This document shows, piece after piece, positions 53,987-63,249 of a stretch of 64,000 nucleotides of DNA (its first letter is position 1; each line of letters starts with the position of its first letter). The stretch is from a bacterium (GTDB taxonomy: Bacteria > Hydrothermota > Tepidihabitantia > Tepidihabitantales > Tepidihabitantaceae). A model generated the notes under the pieces. That model was not told where the DNA came from. It did not search any database and was given only the letters and a program-made list of their open reading frames with translations. The DNA lies in contig JBAMLV010000020.1 in the NCBI GenBank assembly GCA_039793395.1, positions 4,418-68,417 of the forward strand. Direction: 5' to 3'. Position numbers and translations under genes: made by a program.

Positions 53987-53990
53987 TAGG

Positions 53991-55664
53991 GTGAAGGTAA
54001 TAATGGTGACATTGCTGGGGGTGTGGGTCGGGTTTGCCTCAATTCCCCTGCCCGCGGTTCCGGACTGGAGTTCAGTGGATAATGATTATTCAACCGGTGG
54101 TGCGTTTGCCGATGTTGACAACAACGGGTTTCTGGATTTCTGTATCAGTAACGGGAATGATATGGCTTATGATTACAATGCGGTTTACTATAATTTCAAC
54201 GGCAGCCTTGAAACCAGTGCCTCCTGGCGTTCATTGGATAACGGCTATTTTGGCCACTGTTATGCCGGTGATGTGAACAATGACGGGCTGCCGGACCTGG
54301 CAGTTGGCTATTTAGGTAGTGGCACGAGTGGCGACTTTCAGGCGCGGATTTATCTGAATAATGGCTCGGGGCTGGACTGGATGCCGTGGTGGCGTTCTGC
54401 CGACCGGCATGCTTCGTTTGACTGTGCGCTGGGTGATTTTGACCTGGACGGGGACCTGGACCTGGCGATTTCAGCCGGTGATGCGTATGGACCTGATGGC
54501 GATTCAGCCCGGATTTATCGGAACCAGAATGGGGTTTTTGATTCTCTAGCCTGCTGGACTGCCGAGGACAGTGTGCCTTCCGATGCGGTCCGGTTCTGTG
54601 ATATTGATAACGACGGTGACCTGGACCTGTTTGTCGGGCACCGGCGCAAGGTGGTGATGTATGAAAATCATCAGGGGGTACTGGACACCAGACCGGCATG
54701 GGTTGCCCGGCAGAATATCGGCTGGGTGCTGCGTCTGGATTTTGGTGATTATGACCGGGATGGATTTATGGACCTGGCAGTCGCCGCCAATGACCAGCTG
54801 GGTGACCCGAACAGTATCAAGGTTTTTCACAATAATAACGGCCGCCTGGATACCATCGCCAGTTTTAATATGCAACGCCGGGGGACAAATAATTACTCTT
54901 CCTGTGTTGCCTGGGGTGATGTGAATGGTGACGGGTTTTTAGAACTGGCTGCTGGTGGCTGGTGGAAACCGGTCCGGGTTTATGCCAATCGTAACGGGGT
55001 GCTGGATACGCTCCCTGAATGGCAGTGGCAGCCGTCAAATCCGAACGGGCTGGTGTGTGAGGCGCTGGTCTGGACCGATGTCGGTAACCGGCATTTAGTG
55101 AATGCAACCGATGTTTGGAGCGGAGACGGCAGGCGTAAACTTTTCAATCTTTCGCACCGACCGGTTCAGTTTCTGGACAGCGTAATCGTAAACGGGGTCC
55201 GGGTTTTGCCCGGGAATTACTGTGCGGATTTAGCCGGTGCCTGGGTGAGCTTTGCGGTTGCACCGGATTCAGGAAATGGGAATGTGGCTTTTTATTACCG
55301 GTATTCCGCCTTCCCGGATCTGGCGGTAACCAACTGGGACCGGTCAAATGGCAATTATCTGTTTATGAATACCACCGCCACCGGTGTTGAGCACAATCGC
55401 CTGGCTGCTGGATTGGGGGTTTTCAGGGTTACACCCGTAATTGGTAGCGGCAGGATGGGGGTTGAGTTTACCGGTGCGGTCAGCAGGCAACCGGTAATCC
55501 GGATTTATGCCCAGGATGGCAGGCTGGTGCGCATTCTCAAGCCGGAAAATGGGGGTGTGGTCTGGGACGGGAAAACGGCTGCGGGTCGGCCGGTGCCGGC
55601 TGGAGTTTATATCGTCAGTGCGGAGGGCTTTCAATCGGTCAAGGTAATCCGGCTGGGAAGATAA
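53991..55664 (+). CDS. FG-GAP/VCBS repeat protein with FlgD-Ig/T9SS-like C-terminal domain
   Basis: Signal peptide; DVDNNG, DVNNDG, DFDLDGD, DIDNDGD, DYDRDG, DVNGDG; tail IYAQDGRLVR...WDGKTAAGRPVPAGVYIV. GTG 53991 chosen as start. Confidence 0.85.
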   Translation: MKVIMVTLLGVWVGFASIPLPAVPDWSSVDNDYSTGGAFADVDNNGFLDFCISNGNDMAYDYNAVYYNFNGSLETSASWRSLDNGYFGHCYAGDVNNDGLPDLAVGYLGSGTSGDFQARIYLNNGSGLDWMPWWRSADRHASFDCALGDFDLDGDLDLAISAGDAYGPDGDSARIYRNQNGVFDSLACWTAEDSVPSDAVRFCDIDNDGDLDLFVGHRRKVVMYENHQGVLDTRPAWVARQNIGWVLRLDFGDYDRDGFMDLAVAANDQLGDPNSIKVFHNNNGRLDTIASFNMQRRGTNNYSSCVAWGDVNGDGFLELAAGGWWKPVRVYANRNGVLDTLPEWQWQPSNPNGLVCEALVWTDVGNRHLVNATDVWSGDGRRKLFNLSHRPVQFLDSVIVNGVRVLPGNYCADLAGAWVSFAVAPDSGNGNVAFYYRYSAFPDLAVTNWDRSNGNYLFMNTTATGVEHNRLAAGLGVFRVTPVIGSGRMGVEFTGAVSRQPVIRIYAQDGRLVRILKPENGGVVWDGKTAAGRPVPAGVYIVSAEGFQSVKVIRLGR

Positions 55665-55680
55665 GGAAAGGCAGGGAAAT

Positions 55681-56445
55681 TTGGCGACCGAGGAACCGGT
55701 CAGTGGTGAACTGCTGAACCGGCTTGCCCGGTTTGGCCGGGTATATCTGCTGGATACGGTCAGTTCGACCAATGATTACGCATTTACCCTTGCCGGGCAA
55801 AACGAGCCAGCGGTGGTGATTGCCCGGCATCAGACCAGAGGCAGAGGCAGGTTCCGGCGGCGCTGGTTTGCCGATGAGGAGAGCCTGATTTTTTCCGTGC
55901 TTTTTTTCCCCAAGCCGGATTTTACCGTCAGGGCAGGCATAACGCTGGTTGCGGGTCTGGCACTGTGCCGGGCGATTGAAGCCGATGCTGGCACTGCCGA
56001 GCCGCCGGTCCTGCTCCGCTGGCCCAATGATGTGGTGATCAACGGCAGAAAGGTGGCAGGGATTCTGTGTGAGCAGCGCCGGGATGCGGTGGTTGTTGGT
56101 ATCGGGGTGAATGTCAATCAGCCGCACCTGCCGGAAAATCTTGCGGAAGCCGGGTCGCTGTTGATGTTGTATGGTCGCAGGTTTGACCGGTTAAGTCTGC
56201 TGGACCGGTTTCTGCCTGAGTTCTTTCAGGCGGTGGAAATGATGGAAAAGGGAAATGCGGGTCCGGTCTGGGAGGATGTTAAGCGGCGCAGTGCGGTGAT
56301 AAACCACCGGGTGGAGGTGCGGACGCTGCTGCGACGGCAGACCGGCACGGTGATTGATATTGATGAAGCCGGCAGGATTGTGCTGCGCACCGATTCGGGC
56401 CGGCTGGTAGTGCTGAGTGCGGGTCAGGTGCGGCAGTTGCGATGA
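55681..56445 (+). CDS. birA: Biotin--protein ligase without HTH
   Basis: TVSSTND, QTRGRGRFRRRW, RWPNDV, KVAGIL, GIGVNV. Confidence 0.92.
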   Translation: MATEEPVSGELLNRLARFGRVYLLDTVSSTNDYAFTLAGQNEPAVVIARHQTRGRGRFRRRWFADEESLIFSVLFFPKPDFTVRAGITLVAGLALCRAIEADAGTAEPPVLLRWPNDVVINGRKVAGILCEQRRDAVVVGIGVNVNQPHLPENLAEAGSLLMLYGRRFDRLSLLDRFLPEFFQAVEMMEKGNAGPVWEDVKRRSAVINHRVEVRTLLRRQTGTVIDIDEAGRIVLRTDSGRLVVLSAGQVRQLR

Positions 56446-57176
56446 TTCTGACGCTGCTTGTGGGAAATACCAATACCCGGCTGGCGGTTTTTGATCGCCG
56501 CCGGCTGGTTCGCGTCAGGGTGATACCGAGCGGACGGATTGATGATTACCTAAATAAAATCAAACTCAGCCCGCGAATTGAGGGGGCGGTTATGGCTTCG
56601 GTGGTGCCGAAGAAAACACTGCCGCTGTTCAGAATTCTGAATCGGCAGGTGCCGACGCTGCTGGTCAATTCGCGCACGCCGGTGCCGCTTAAGTTCAATT
56701 ATGACCGCAAGCTACTGGGGGCAGACCGGCTGGCAGTCGCGGCTGGTGGTTATGCCCGTTTTCAGAGGGAGCTGGTAATTATTGATTTTGGAACCGCAAT
56801 CACCTTTAATCTGGTGAACCGTTACGGGTTTTTCTCCGGCGGACCAATTGTGCCCGGACCGGACCTGATGCTGGATGCACTGGCACAGGGAACTGGTAGG
56901 CTACCCCGGGTTCACTGGTCAGCCCGGGCTCGGACCATCTGTACCCGGACCAAGCCGGCAATTCAGGCCGGGGTTTTCAATCTGCTGATTGGTGGACTGA
57001 GCCGGATTTTAGAAAAGGTTGTTGCTGAAGCCGGGGGTAATACCCAACTGGTGGTCGGCACCGGCGGTGCGGCCCGGCGCTTCCGCCGGTATCTGGATAT
57101 CCGGGTGGTGGATCAAAATCTGGCAAGCCGGGGGCTTGCCGAAATATATTATTTTAACAGGAGGCAGGATGAATAA
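56442..57176 (+). CDS. coaX: Type III pantothenate kinase
   Basis: VGNTNT, ASVVP, LGADR, IDFGTAITF, GTGG. Confidence 0.92.
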   Translation: MILTLLVGNTNTRLAVFDRRRLVRVRVIPSGRIDDYLNKIKLSPRIEGAVMASVVPKKTLPLFRILNRQVPTLLVNSRTPVPLKFNYDRKLLGADRLAVAAGGYARFQRELVIIDFGTAITFNLVNRYGFFSGGPIVPGPDLMLDALAQGTGRLPRVHWSARARTICTRTKPAIQAGVFNLLIGGLSRILEKVVAEAGGNTQLVVGTGGAARRFRRYLDIRVVDQNLASRGLAEIYYFNRRQDE

Positions 57177-57705
57177 GACCGGTGTCTTTGTTGATGTGCA
57201 GAATGTTCAGGAGACCTTTGAGCGCCAGGGCAAGGAGGTGCGCTACGATGCAATTATCCGTCATATCATTACCACTGGCAGACGGGAGCAGGAAAACTGC
57301 AAGTTTGTTGCCTTTGTCCCTTTCCGGCGCGACGATGAGCGCCGGCAGCGGCTGATTGATGCGCTTTCATTTCAGGGCTACCGGGTGGTGGCAAAACCGG
57401 TGCGCGAGCGGCCGGACGGCACAATTAAGGCGAATATGGACATTGAGATTACGCTGGAGATTCTGTCAATGAGTGAGTGGCTGGATGAGATTGTGCTGGT
57501 GACCGGTGACGGCGATTTTGTGGCACTGGTTGACTGGTTGTCCAAGCGGGGGAAGCGGGTGATTACCATTGGCCTGGGACGGGGCTACACCTCGGTGGAG
57601 CTGATCCGTGCCTGTGATGAATATATCAACCTTGATGAGATTGAGGGGGCAGTCAAGACCCAGAGCATTAACCGGGAATGGGAAGCGCCACCACCGATTG
57701 CCTGA
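57169..57705 (+). CDS. NYN domain protein (LabA/DUF88 PIN-like)
   Basis: FVDVQNV, KANMDIEI, VLVTGDGDFVALV, GKRV, ACDEYI; ATG 57169 after AGGAGG. Confidence 0.9.
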   Translation: MNKTGVFVDVQNVQETFERQGKEVRYDAIIRHIITTGRREQENCKFVAFVPFRRDDERRQRLIDALSFQGYRVVAKPVRERPDGTIKANMDIEITLEILSMSEWLDEIVLVTGDGDFVALVDWLSKRGKRVITIGLGRGYTSVELIRACDEYINLDEIEGAVKTQSINREWEAPPPIA

Positions 57706-58394
57706 AGGGGATTTTCCTCGGGCTGGATACGAGCGGGCTCCGGACCGGTCTGGCACTGGTTACCCGGGAACGGACGGTTTATGAAATCAACACCGACACC
57801 GGCATAAGCCATAACGAGTCCTTGCTTTTGCTGCTGGAACAGGCTTTTGCTGCGGCGCGGGTAAGTATTGCGGAACTGAGCGGTATCGGGTTAACGATTG
57901 GACCCGGGATGTGGACGGCACTGCGGGTGGGTTTAAGCGTGGTTAAGGGGCTGGTATTGCCACAGTCACTGCCGGTAAAAGGGGTAAATACGCTCTCAGC
58001 AGTCAGCGCCACTGCAGCCCGAACCAGACTGCCGGTACTGGCGGTGCTGGATGCCCGGCGGGGTGAGGTTTATGCGGCGCTGTATCGGCAGGAGGCGGTG
58101 CTGATTCCGCCGTGTGCGGTTGAGCCGGCACAGCTGGCAACGCGGGTGGCAGAATATAATCCAGGAGCTGGTGTGGCACTGGCTGGCGACGGCAGTGAAC
58201 TGGTTAAGCCGGCACTGGCCGCAGCCGGGGTTCAATTTGAAGACACCGGCGTCCGGCAGGCATCACCGGCGGTGGTCGCCAGACTGGGGATGGAACTGCT
58301 GAATCGGGACGGGCCGGATGGGCTTGCCGAGCTGGAGCCGGTTTATCTGCGCCGGACCGATGCGGAAATTAACCGGGAACGGCGCGGCGGTTAG
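57678..58394 (+). CDS. tsaB: tRNA threonylcarbamoyladenosine biosynthesis protein TsaB
   Basis: LGLDTSG, SHNESLL, IGPGMWTALRVG, LDARRGEVY, LEPVYLR. Confidence 0.92.
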   Translation: MGSATTDCLKGIFLGLDTSGLRTGLALVTRERTVYEINTDTGISHNESLLLLLEQAFAAARVSIAELSGIGLTIGPGMWTALRVGLSVVKGLVLPQSLPVKGVNTLSAVSATAARTRLPVLAVLDARRGEVYAALYRQEAVLIPPCAVEPAQLATRVAEYNPGAGVALAGDGSELVKPALAAAGVQFEDTGVRQASPAVVARLGMELLNRDGPDGLAELEPVYLRRTDAEINRERRGG

Positions 58395-59332
58395 AGGTCT
58401 GCCAGCAGCCGGATGACCAGCGATTGATATTCCCAGACTTTTACCCGGCTGTGATACTGATAGCCGATGAGTATTTTCAGCCGTTCGTGCACCGGGATGT
58501 TGAGTGCCGGCAGGACCCGCCACTGGATTTTACCATCTTCCCAGCGGATGGCTTCCAGGCTGACGGCCGGGGCAAGCGGGGTCAGGGCGGTTTCAATCCG
58601 GATGTCACCAGCCGGAAGAGTGACATTCTGATAACGCCGGAGGGCAAATTCCGGGACGATTATGAGCGGTCCGAATTGCAACTTGGTTTCAAGACCGGCG
58701 CCAAGCCAGGGGACTGCTGCCGGTTGCATCCAGCCGTAATAGAGCCGGCCGCCGAGGCTGATACCGGGCCAGGGTTTAATTACCACCCGGGCAAAGAGGT
58801 CCTTTGCCGAATTGTCATCCCCGCGGTTCGGCCCGGTGCCGTTGACCAAACCACCGACCAGCCAGAAATCGGGTTCTGTCGGTGTGCCGGCGCGGAACCA
58901 GCCGAGAATGCCGATGTCCCGGATGTCCGAGGGCTTGAGAATGGCGGTGTAATAAAGAATTGGATACTCTTCCAGGGCGAGCTGTTTTTCGTTAATTTCG
59001 CTGTTGAAGCTCAGGGGCAGTTTTAGCTGTCCCAGTTTTAATCCCAGTCCGTTCGTCCAGGTAAATTCAACCGTGAGGTCACGCAGGTTCATCCGGCTGA
59101 AGTCAAATTCCAGCCGGGTGCAGGCATTGGGGGTGATTTTACCGGTCAGGGCGACTGTTGCCTGCCGGTGCTGGAACTCAAACTGGTTGGTGAACCAGCC
59201 TTTTGCCCCACCGCGTGAAAAAAGGGCCGTGCACCAGATTAAACCGTCAATTGACAGGCGTTCAGGAATCAATGTCTGTTCGGCGCCCAGGGTGCTGATG
59301 ATCGTCAGTGTCAGAACCAGCGATTTCCCCAC
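58391..59332 (-). CDS. Porin, OprO/OprP-like
   Basis: Signal peptide, KLGQLKLPLS, RDIG, NGTG...DDNSAKDLFARV, amphipathic beta strands; GTG after GGAGG. Confidence 0.75.
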   Translation of the reverse strand: MGKSLVLTLTIISTLGAEQTLIPERLSIDGLIWCTALFSRGGAKGWFTNQFEFQHRQATVALTGKITPNACTRLEFDFSRMNLRDLTVEFTWTNGLGLKLGQLKLPLSFNSEINEKQLALEEYPILYYTAILKPSDIRDIGILGWFRAGTPTEPDFWLVGGLVNGTGPNRGDDNSAKDLFARVVIKPWPGISLGGRLYYGWMQPAAVPWLGAGLETKLQFGPLIIVPEFALRRYQNVTLPAGDIRIETALTPLAPAVSLEAIRWEDGKIQWRVLPALNIPVHERLKILIGYQYHSRVKVWEYQSLVIRLLADL

Positions 59333-59353
59333 TGGACCTCCGGGTTAGAAGAA

Positions 59354-59448
59354 TGGCGGAGGCGGGTAGGAATCGAACCTACCGGTCAGCTTAACGCCGA
59401 CCATACGGATTTGAAGTCCGCCAGGCACACCAGCACCCATCCGCCTCC
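59354..59448 (-). tRNA. selC: tRNA-Sec (anticodon UCA)
   Basis: Reverse complement GGAGGCGG...GCGGA-CTTCAAA-TCCGT...GGTCGGC-GTTAA-GCTGACC-G-GTAGG-TTCGATT-CCTAC-CCGCCTCC-GCCA: 95 nt, 8-bp acceptor stem, 6-bp D stem, long variable arm, encoded CCA. Confidence 0.96.
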
Positions 59449-59455
59449 GCTTGTT

Positions 59456-61411
59456 TCAGTGTTGAATTACCACTTTTCTTGTCAGCCGCGCTGCCGGGTG
59501 TTCAAGGCGCAGAAAGTAGACGCCAGTTGGAAGGTCCTTCAGTTGCAGCCGAAACCGGGTCTCGCCGTTCCTGCGGTCAATACCAAATTCCCGGACCAGC
59601 ATACCGGTCCGGTCAAAAAGTTTTAGCGTCAGGCTGTTTGCCAGCGGGAGGTTAAAGTTTATGAGCCCGTCAGCACTGATCGGATTGGGTGTGACCGTCA
59701 GTACCGGTGGTTGCAGTTCCGACCGGGGTTCGGCGACGGCGGTAGTTTCCTGCCAGACGATGAGCATGCGGCTGAGCGTGTCGTTGGTTCGCCGTTCATC
59801 ACCGGCAAGATTAACCCAGGCGGTGACGGTATATGTTTCCGCGGTATCAGCGATGAATTCGGCAAAGTTCATCGTGTCCACGGCACCGGGAGTGAGCACC
59901 ACCCAGGTGCTGTCAAGATAGGAACCGGGTTCAATTTTCAGGTAGGCATAGCCGCTGTCCGGGTTGATGGCGAGGTTCTGGACAACCACCTGCGGGAACA
60001 GGGTTTCGGCAATATATAATGACTCGGGAATGAGCAGGGCAGTGACCGCCAGGTCGTGCTGGACTTCATAAAGTTTGAGCAGTAAGAGGTCAATGTTGAG
60101 TGAATCAAAGAAGGTAGTGCCGGCTGCGACCAGTTGACCGGCAGGACGGAGTGCAATCCGATAGCCCCAGTCTTCGTTATGGCTTGCCGGGTTGTCCCAG
60201 CGCCAGAAATAGAGCGGGTTGCCTTCATTGTCGTATTTCAGGATGGTCAGGTTCATTCGGCTGGTTCGGGATTCACCGGTGCCAATGACGAAAATCCTGC
60301 CGGCCGTGTCCACGGCGATATCGGCACCGGCATCCTCCCACCCCTCCGCATCATAACGCTGGGTCCAGCGGGGCAGACCGGCAGGGGTGTAGGCAACGGT
60401 GGTGATGTCGTAGTCGGTGACATCGTCAAAACTGGTGCCGGTGACAAAGACATTGCCGGTGGCGTCAATGTTAACCGCGGTCAGCAGGTCTTCGTTGTTT
60501 GCCGGATAGCGGTTGTAAGCCCGGGCCCAGAGTGATTCGCCGGTAGCAGCGCGGTATTTCATTGTAAAGTAGTTGTAATCCTGATTGTCATCCCAGACGA
60601 TGCCGCCGACGATGATCGAGCGGGTGGTCGGGTCAAATACCACTTTCATTCCGTAATCATCACCCACCCAGGGCCAGTTGTTTTTGCGCCGGAGCCATTG
60701 CTGGGTGCCGTTGGGACGGTAGCGGATGGTGGCGATATCGTAGTCGGTGCCGTCATCATAACTGGTCCCGGTAACATAAATGTTATTGGAGTCATCCACG
60801 CAGATGGCATAGGGGATGTCTTCGTCATTTTCCGGGGTGCGATTGTAATAACGGACCCAGATGGTATCACCGGTCTGGGAGTTATAACAGATGGTGCAGT
60901 AGTCAATGTTATAGTTAGCATCGGAACAGTAACCGGTGACGATTACCCGGCCAAGCCGGTCCAGCACCAGGGCGTGGGCGACATCATCCTGGTTGATTGC
61001 CCGGCGCCAGGTTTTCGCCCAGAGCAGTTGACCGGTCGGTGAATACTTCAGGGTGACCATATCCTGATCGAGCAGGGTATCAATCGTCCAGCCGCAGATA
61101 AATACATTACCGGCACTGTCAACCACTATTGCCGAAGCCGAGTCGTCCTGATTCGCCCGGCCGTTATAGGTGGCGGTCCAGACAACTGAACCGTCCGGGC
61201 GGTATTTGCGCACGAAAATGTCAGTGGTGAGCGCAGTGGTGGTGGTCATTCCGGTAATATACACATTGCCGGAGTGATCGACATAAATGTCAGAAAAAAC
61301 ATCCTCCTGGCCTGTGCCACCATCAATGGTCCGGAGCCAGCTGGTATCCAGTTGCGCCCGGGCGATGGCCGGCAGCAGCAGGAGAAAAACGAGCGGACAA
61401 AGCCGGTTCAT
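59456..61411 (-). CDS. SBBP-type beta-propeller repeat protein with CARDB-like and T9SS-like C-terminal domains
   Basis: Signal peptide; repeats of D..GNV[YF][IV]TG.......D....KY...G...W; HDLAV...NDTL domain; tail VTPNP...LPTGVYFLRL...KVVIQH. ATG 61411 after GAGGAGG. Confidence 0.85.
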   Translation of the reverse strand: MNRLCPLVFLLLLPAIARAQLDTSWLRTIDGGTGQEDVFSDIYVDHSGNVYITGMTTTTALTTDIFVRKYRPDGSVVWTATYNGRANQDDSASAIVVDSAGNVFICGWTIDTLLDQDMVTLKYSPTGQLLWAKTWRRAINQDDVAHALVLDRLGRVIVTGYCSDANYNIDYCTICYNSQTGDTIWVRYYNRTPENDEDIPYAICVDDSNNIYVTGTSYDDGTDYDIATIRYRPNGTQQWLRRKNNWPWVGDDYGMKVVFDPTTRSIIVGGIVWDDNQDYNYFTMKYRAATGESLWARAYNRYPANNEDLLTAVNIDATGNVFVTGTSFDDVTDYDITTVAYTPAGLPRWTQRYDAEGWEDAGADIAVDTAGRIFVIGTGESRTSRMNLTILKYDNEGNPLYFWRWDNPASHNEDWGYRIALRPAGQLVAAGTTFFDSLNIDLLLLKLYEVQHDLAVTALLIPESLYIAETLFPQVVVQNLAINPDSGYAYLKIEPGSYLDSTWVVLTPGAVDTMNFAEFIADTAETYTVTAWVNLAGDERRTNDTLSRMLIVWQETTAVAEPRSELQPPVLTVTPNPISADGLINFNLPLANSLTLKLFDRTGMLVREFGIDRRNGETRFRLQLKDLPTGVYFLRLEHPAARLTRKVVIQH

Positions 61412-61449
61412 TTGTCCTCCTCTCAAATTTAGCCTGCACATCTTGTATT

Positions 61450-61478
61450 AATTTACTGATCGAACGGCTAAAAGTCAA
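61450..61478 (-). promoter_or_regulatory. Promoter for SBBP-selC-porin unit
   Basis: Minus strand TTGACT, 17 nt, TAAATT. Confidence 0.65.
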
Positions 61479-61502
61479 TTGCCAGCAAATCGTTTTTATA
61501 AC

Positions 61503-61531
61503 TTGAACTGGAAATGTTTTTCTGTTAAAAT
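61503..61531 (+). promoter_or_regulatory. Promoter for TPR gene
   Basis: TTGAAC, 17 nt, TAAAAT. Confidence 0.55.
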
Positions 61532-61557
61532 GCATATTATTGTGCAGGGATTGACCG

Positions 61558-63243
61558 ATGGACGAAAAAGACACAGCGATCGGGTTTAAGCTGGTGCAGG
61601 AGGCAATCAATACGGTTGACTTTCTGCTGAATCAGAGCCGTTCCCGGTATCCGGGAAGCCTGCCCCCCTTCCATCCGGCGAAACTGACCGCCTGGCGCCA
61701 GGGGCAAACCACGCTTCAGGAGGATAACCCGTTCTTAAAACTGGAACAATCACCGGCAGATGACCCACTGGCAAAAACACTGGAACTACACCGGGCGTAT
61801 GCCGAAGGGCTGCTGATTCACGAACAGCTGCATCAGGTGAGTTTTGACATTGAGGTCCGGGAGGGTTTAATCCAGCGTTCGCTCGGTATTCTGCCGGCGA
61901 GTGAGATGGGGCGCTTTCTTGAAATTCACCCCTGTCCGGCGGTTATGCCGCGGAATATCGCCGATTCTACTGAGAAACTGCTCACTGCACTGGAGATGAT
62001 TGCTCAGCATTTTGGTGCGGCTTCGGCGCTGGCATACATCCTGCTGATTGTTGCTGGACTGCGGGCAAGGTCGGAGTTTGAGAATTACGGCCGGAAACTG
62101 GACCTGTTGTTTGATAAGATTACCGAGGGTTCCGGTGTGAGTCAGATGCTGGAAATGGTGGTTCTGAATGGCCGCCGTGCTGGATTTGAACCCCAGTTCC
62201 GGCTGCTGGTGGCAATAAGAGAGCGGCTCTGGGAGCTGAAGCCTACCCGGCTGGCACCGTCCGGATTTCTGCTGACCAAGGTGATTGATGCCTATCTGTC
62301 AAATCGTCCTGGTGCCGGTAATGTTCTGGGGCTGGCATTGCTTGATGGTATTATCGTTGGTAAGTTCGGTTTTGAAGTGCACTATATTTTCAATGCCGGG
62401 GTGATTACGCTGGAGATACTGGTTGGCAACCGTAGCGTCTACTGGGACCCGACTCGGGCAACACCGCTTTCATTTGAACCGCTGACTGGCGGTAAGAGGC
62501 TGAGGTATGCCGACCTGCTCGGTCTGACCTATGCCAGTATCGCCAATCAGCACTTCATTCAGACCTACTGGGACCGGGCGATTGAAAATTTTCAACGGGT
62601 CCTGGAGCTGATGCCCGATTCACTGGAAACCTATGCCGACCTTGGACTGTGCTATCTGCGGAAAAACCAGCCGGAACGGGCAATTAAAATTATTGAAGAG
62701 GGTTTGAAGATTTCAGCCAATTCACCGGCATTACAGCATCTTCTGGGTCATGCCTATGCCCAGGCAAATCAGTGGCGCAATGCGATTATTGCTTACAAAA
62801 AGGCGGTGCAGCTGGCGCCGAAACAGCCGGAGGTGTGGTATAACATGGGGCTTGCCTATGAAAAGATGGGGGCAGCGGGACAGGCGGAGGCGGCTTTTCA
62901 GATGGCGATTGAACTGAAACCGGATTACACGAATGCCCAGCTGGCACTGGGCAACCTTTATCTGGAACAGCAGAAGCCGGATGAGGCGATTCGCCTGTAC
63001 CGGGAGGCGCTGAAGCACGACCCGAATCTGGTTGCCGCCTATTACAATCTGGGTCGGGCTTTTTATGAGAAGAAAGACCTGGATAATGCGATTGCTGCCT
63101 ATCAGAAGGCGGTGAAACTCAATCCCAAACATGCCGGGGCCTGGCACAACCTGGGCATTGCCTATCGGGACAAGGGGATGAAGGACAAGGCGGTGGCGGC
63201 GCTGGAGCGGGCGGTTTCCCTGAACCCCAACCTCTTAAGGTAA
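61558..63243 (+). CDS. TPR-repeat protein with N-terminal transglutaminase-like (SirB1-like) region
   Basis: About seven C-terminal TPRs (TYADLGLCY, WYNMGLAY, AYYNLGRAF, AWHNLGIAY); LLTKVID...GNVLGLALL...YWDP region. Confidence 0.8.
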   Translation: MDEKDTAIGFKLVQEAINTVDFLLNQSRSRYPGSLPPFHPAKLTAWRQGQTTLQEDNPFLKLEQSPADDPLAKTLELHRAYAEGLLIHEQLHQVSFDIEVREGLIQRSLGILPASEMGRFLEIHPCPAVMPRNIADSTEKLLTALEMIAQHFGAASALAYILLIVAGLRARSEFENYGRKLDLLFDKITEGSGVSQMLEMVVLNGRRAGFEPQFRLLVAIRERLWELKPTRLAPSGFLLTKVIDAYLSNRPGAGNVLGLALLDGIIVGKFGFEVHYIFNAGVITLEILVGNRSVYWDPTRATPLSFEPLTGGKRLRYADLLGLTYASIANQHFIQTYWDRAIENFQRVLELMPDSLETYADLGLCYLRKNQPERAIKIIEEGLKISANSPALQHLLGHAYAQANQWRNAIIAYKKAVQLAPKQPEVWYNMGLAYEKMGAAGQAEAAFQMAIELKPDYTNAQLALGNLYLEQQKPDEAIRLYREALKHDPNLVAAYYNLGRAFYEKKDLDNAIAAYQKAVKLNPKHAGAWHNLGIAYRDKGMKDKAVAALERAVSLNPNLLR

Positions 63244-63249
63244 CTAAAG

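Noticed and set aside
58391-58394. Overlapping stop codons of convergent tsaB and porin
   Set aside because: Real (TTAG) but common in compact genomes.
59300-59500. Genomic island integrated at selC
   Set aside because: No integrase, no duplicated tRNA 3' end and no obvious composition shift nearby.
35843-61441. ORF-track upstream starts at 35843, 36833, 39213, 41698, 44736, 48876, 51816, 53051, 53961, 57019, 61441
   Set aside because: They overlap upstream genes or promoters; downstream starts have SDs, translational coupling or better family N-termini.
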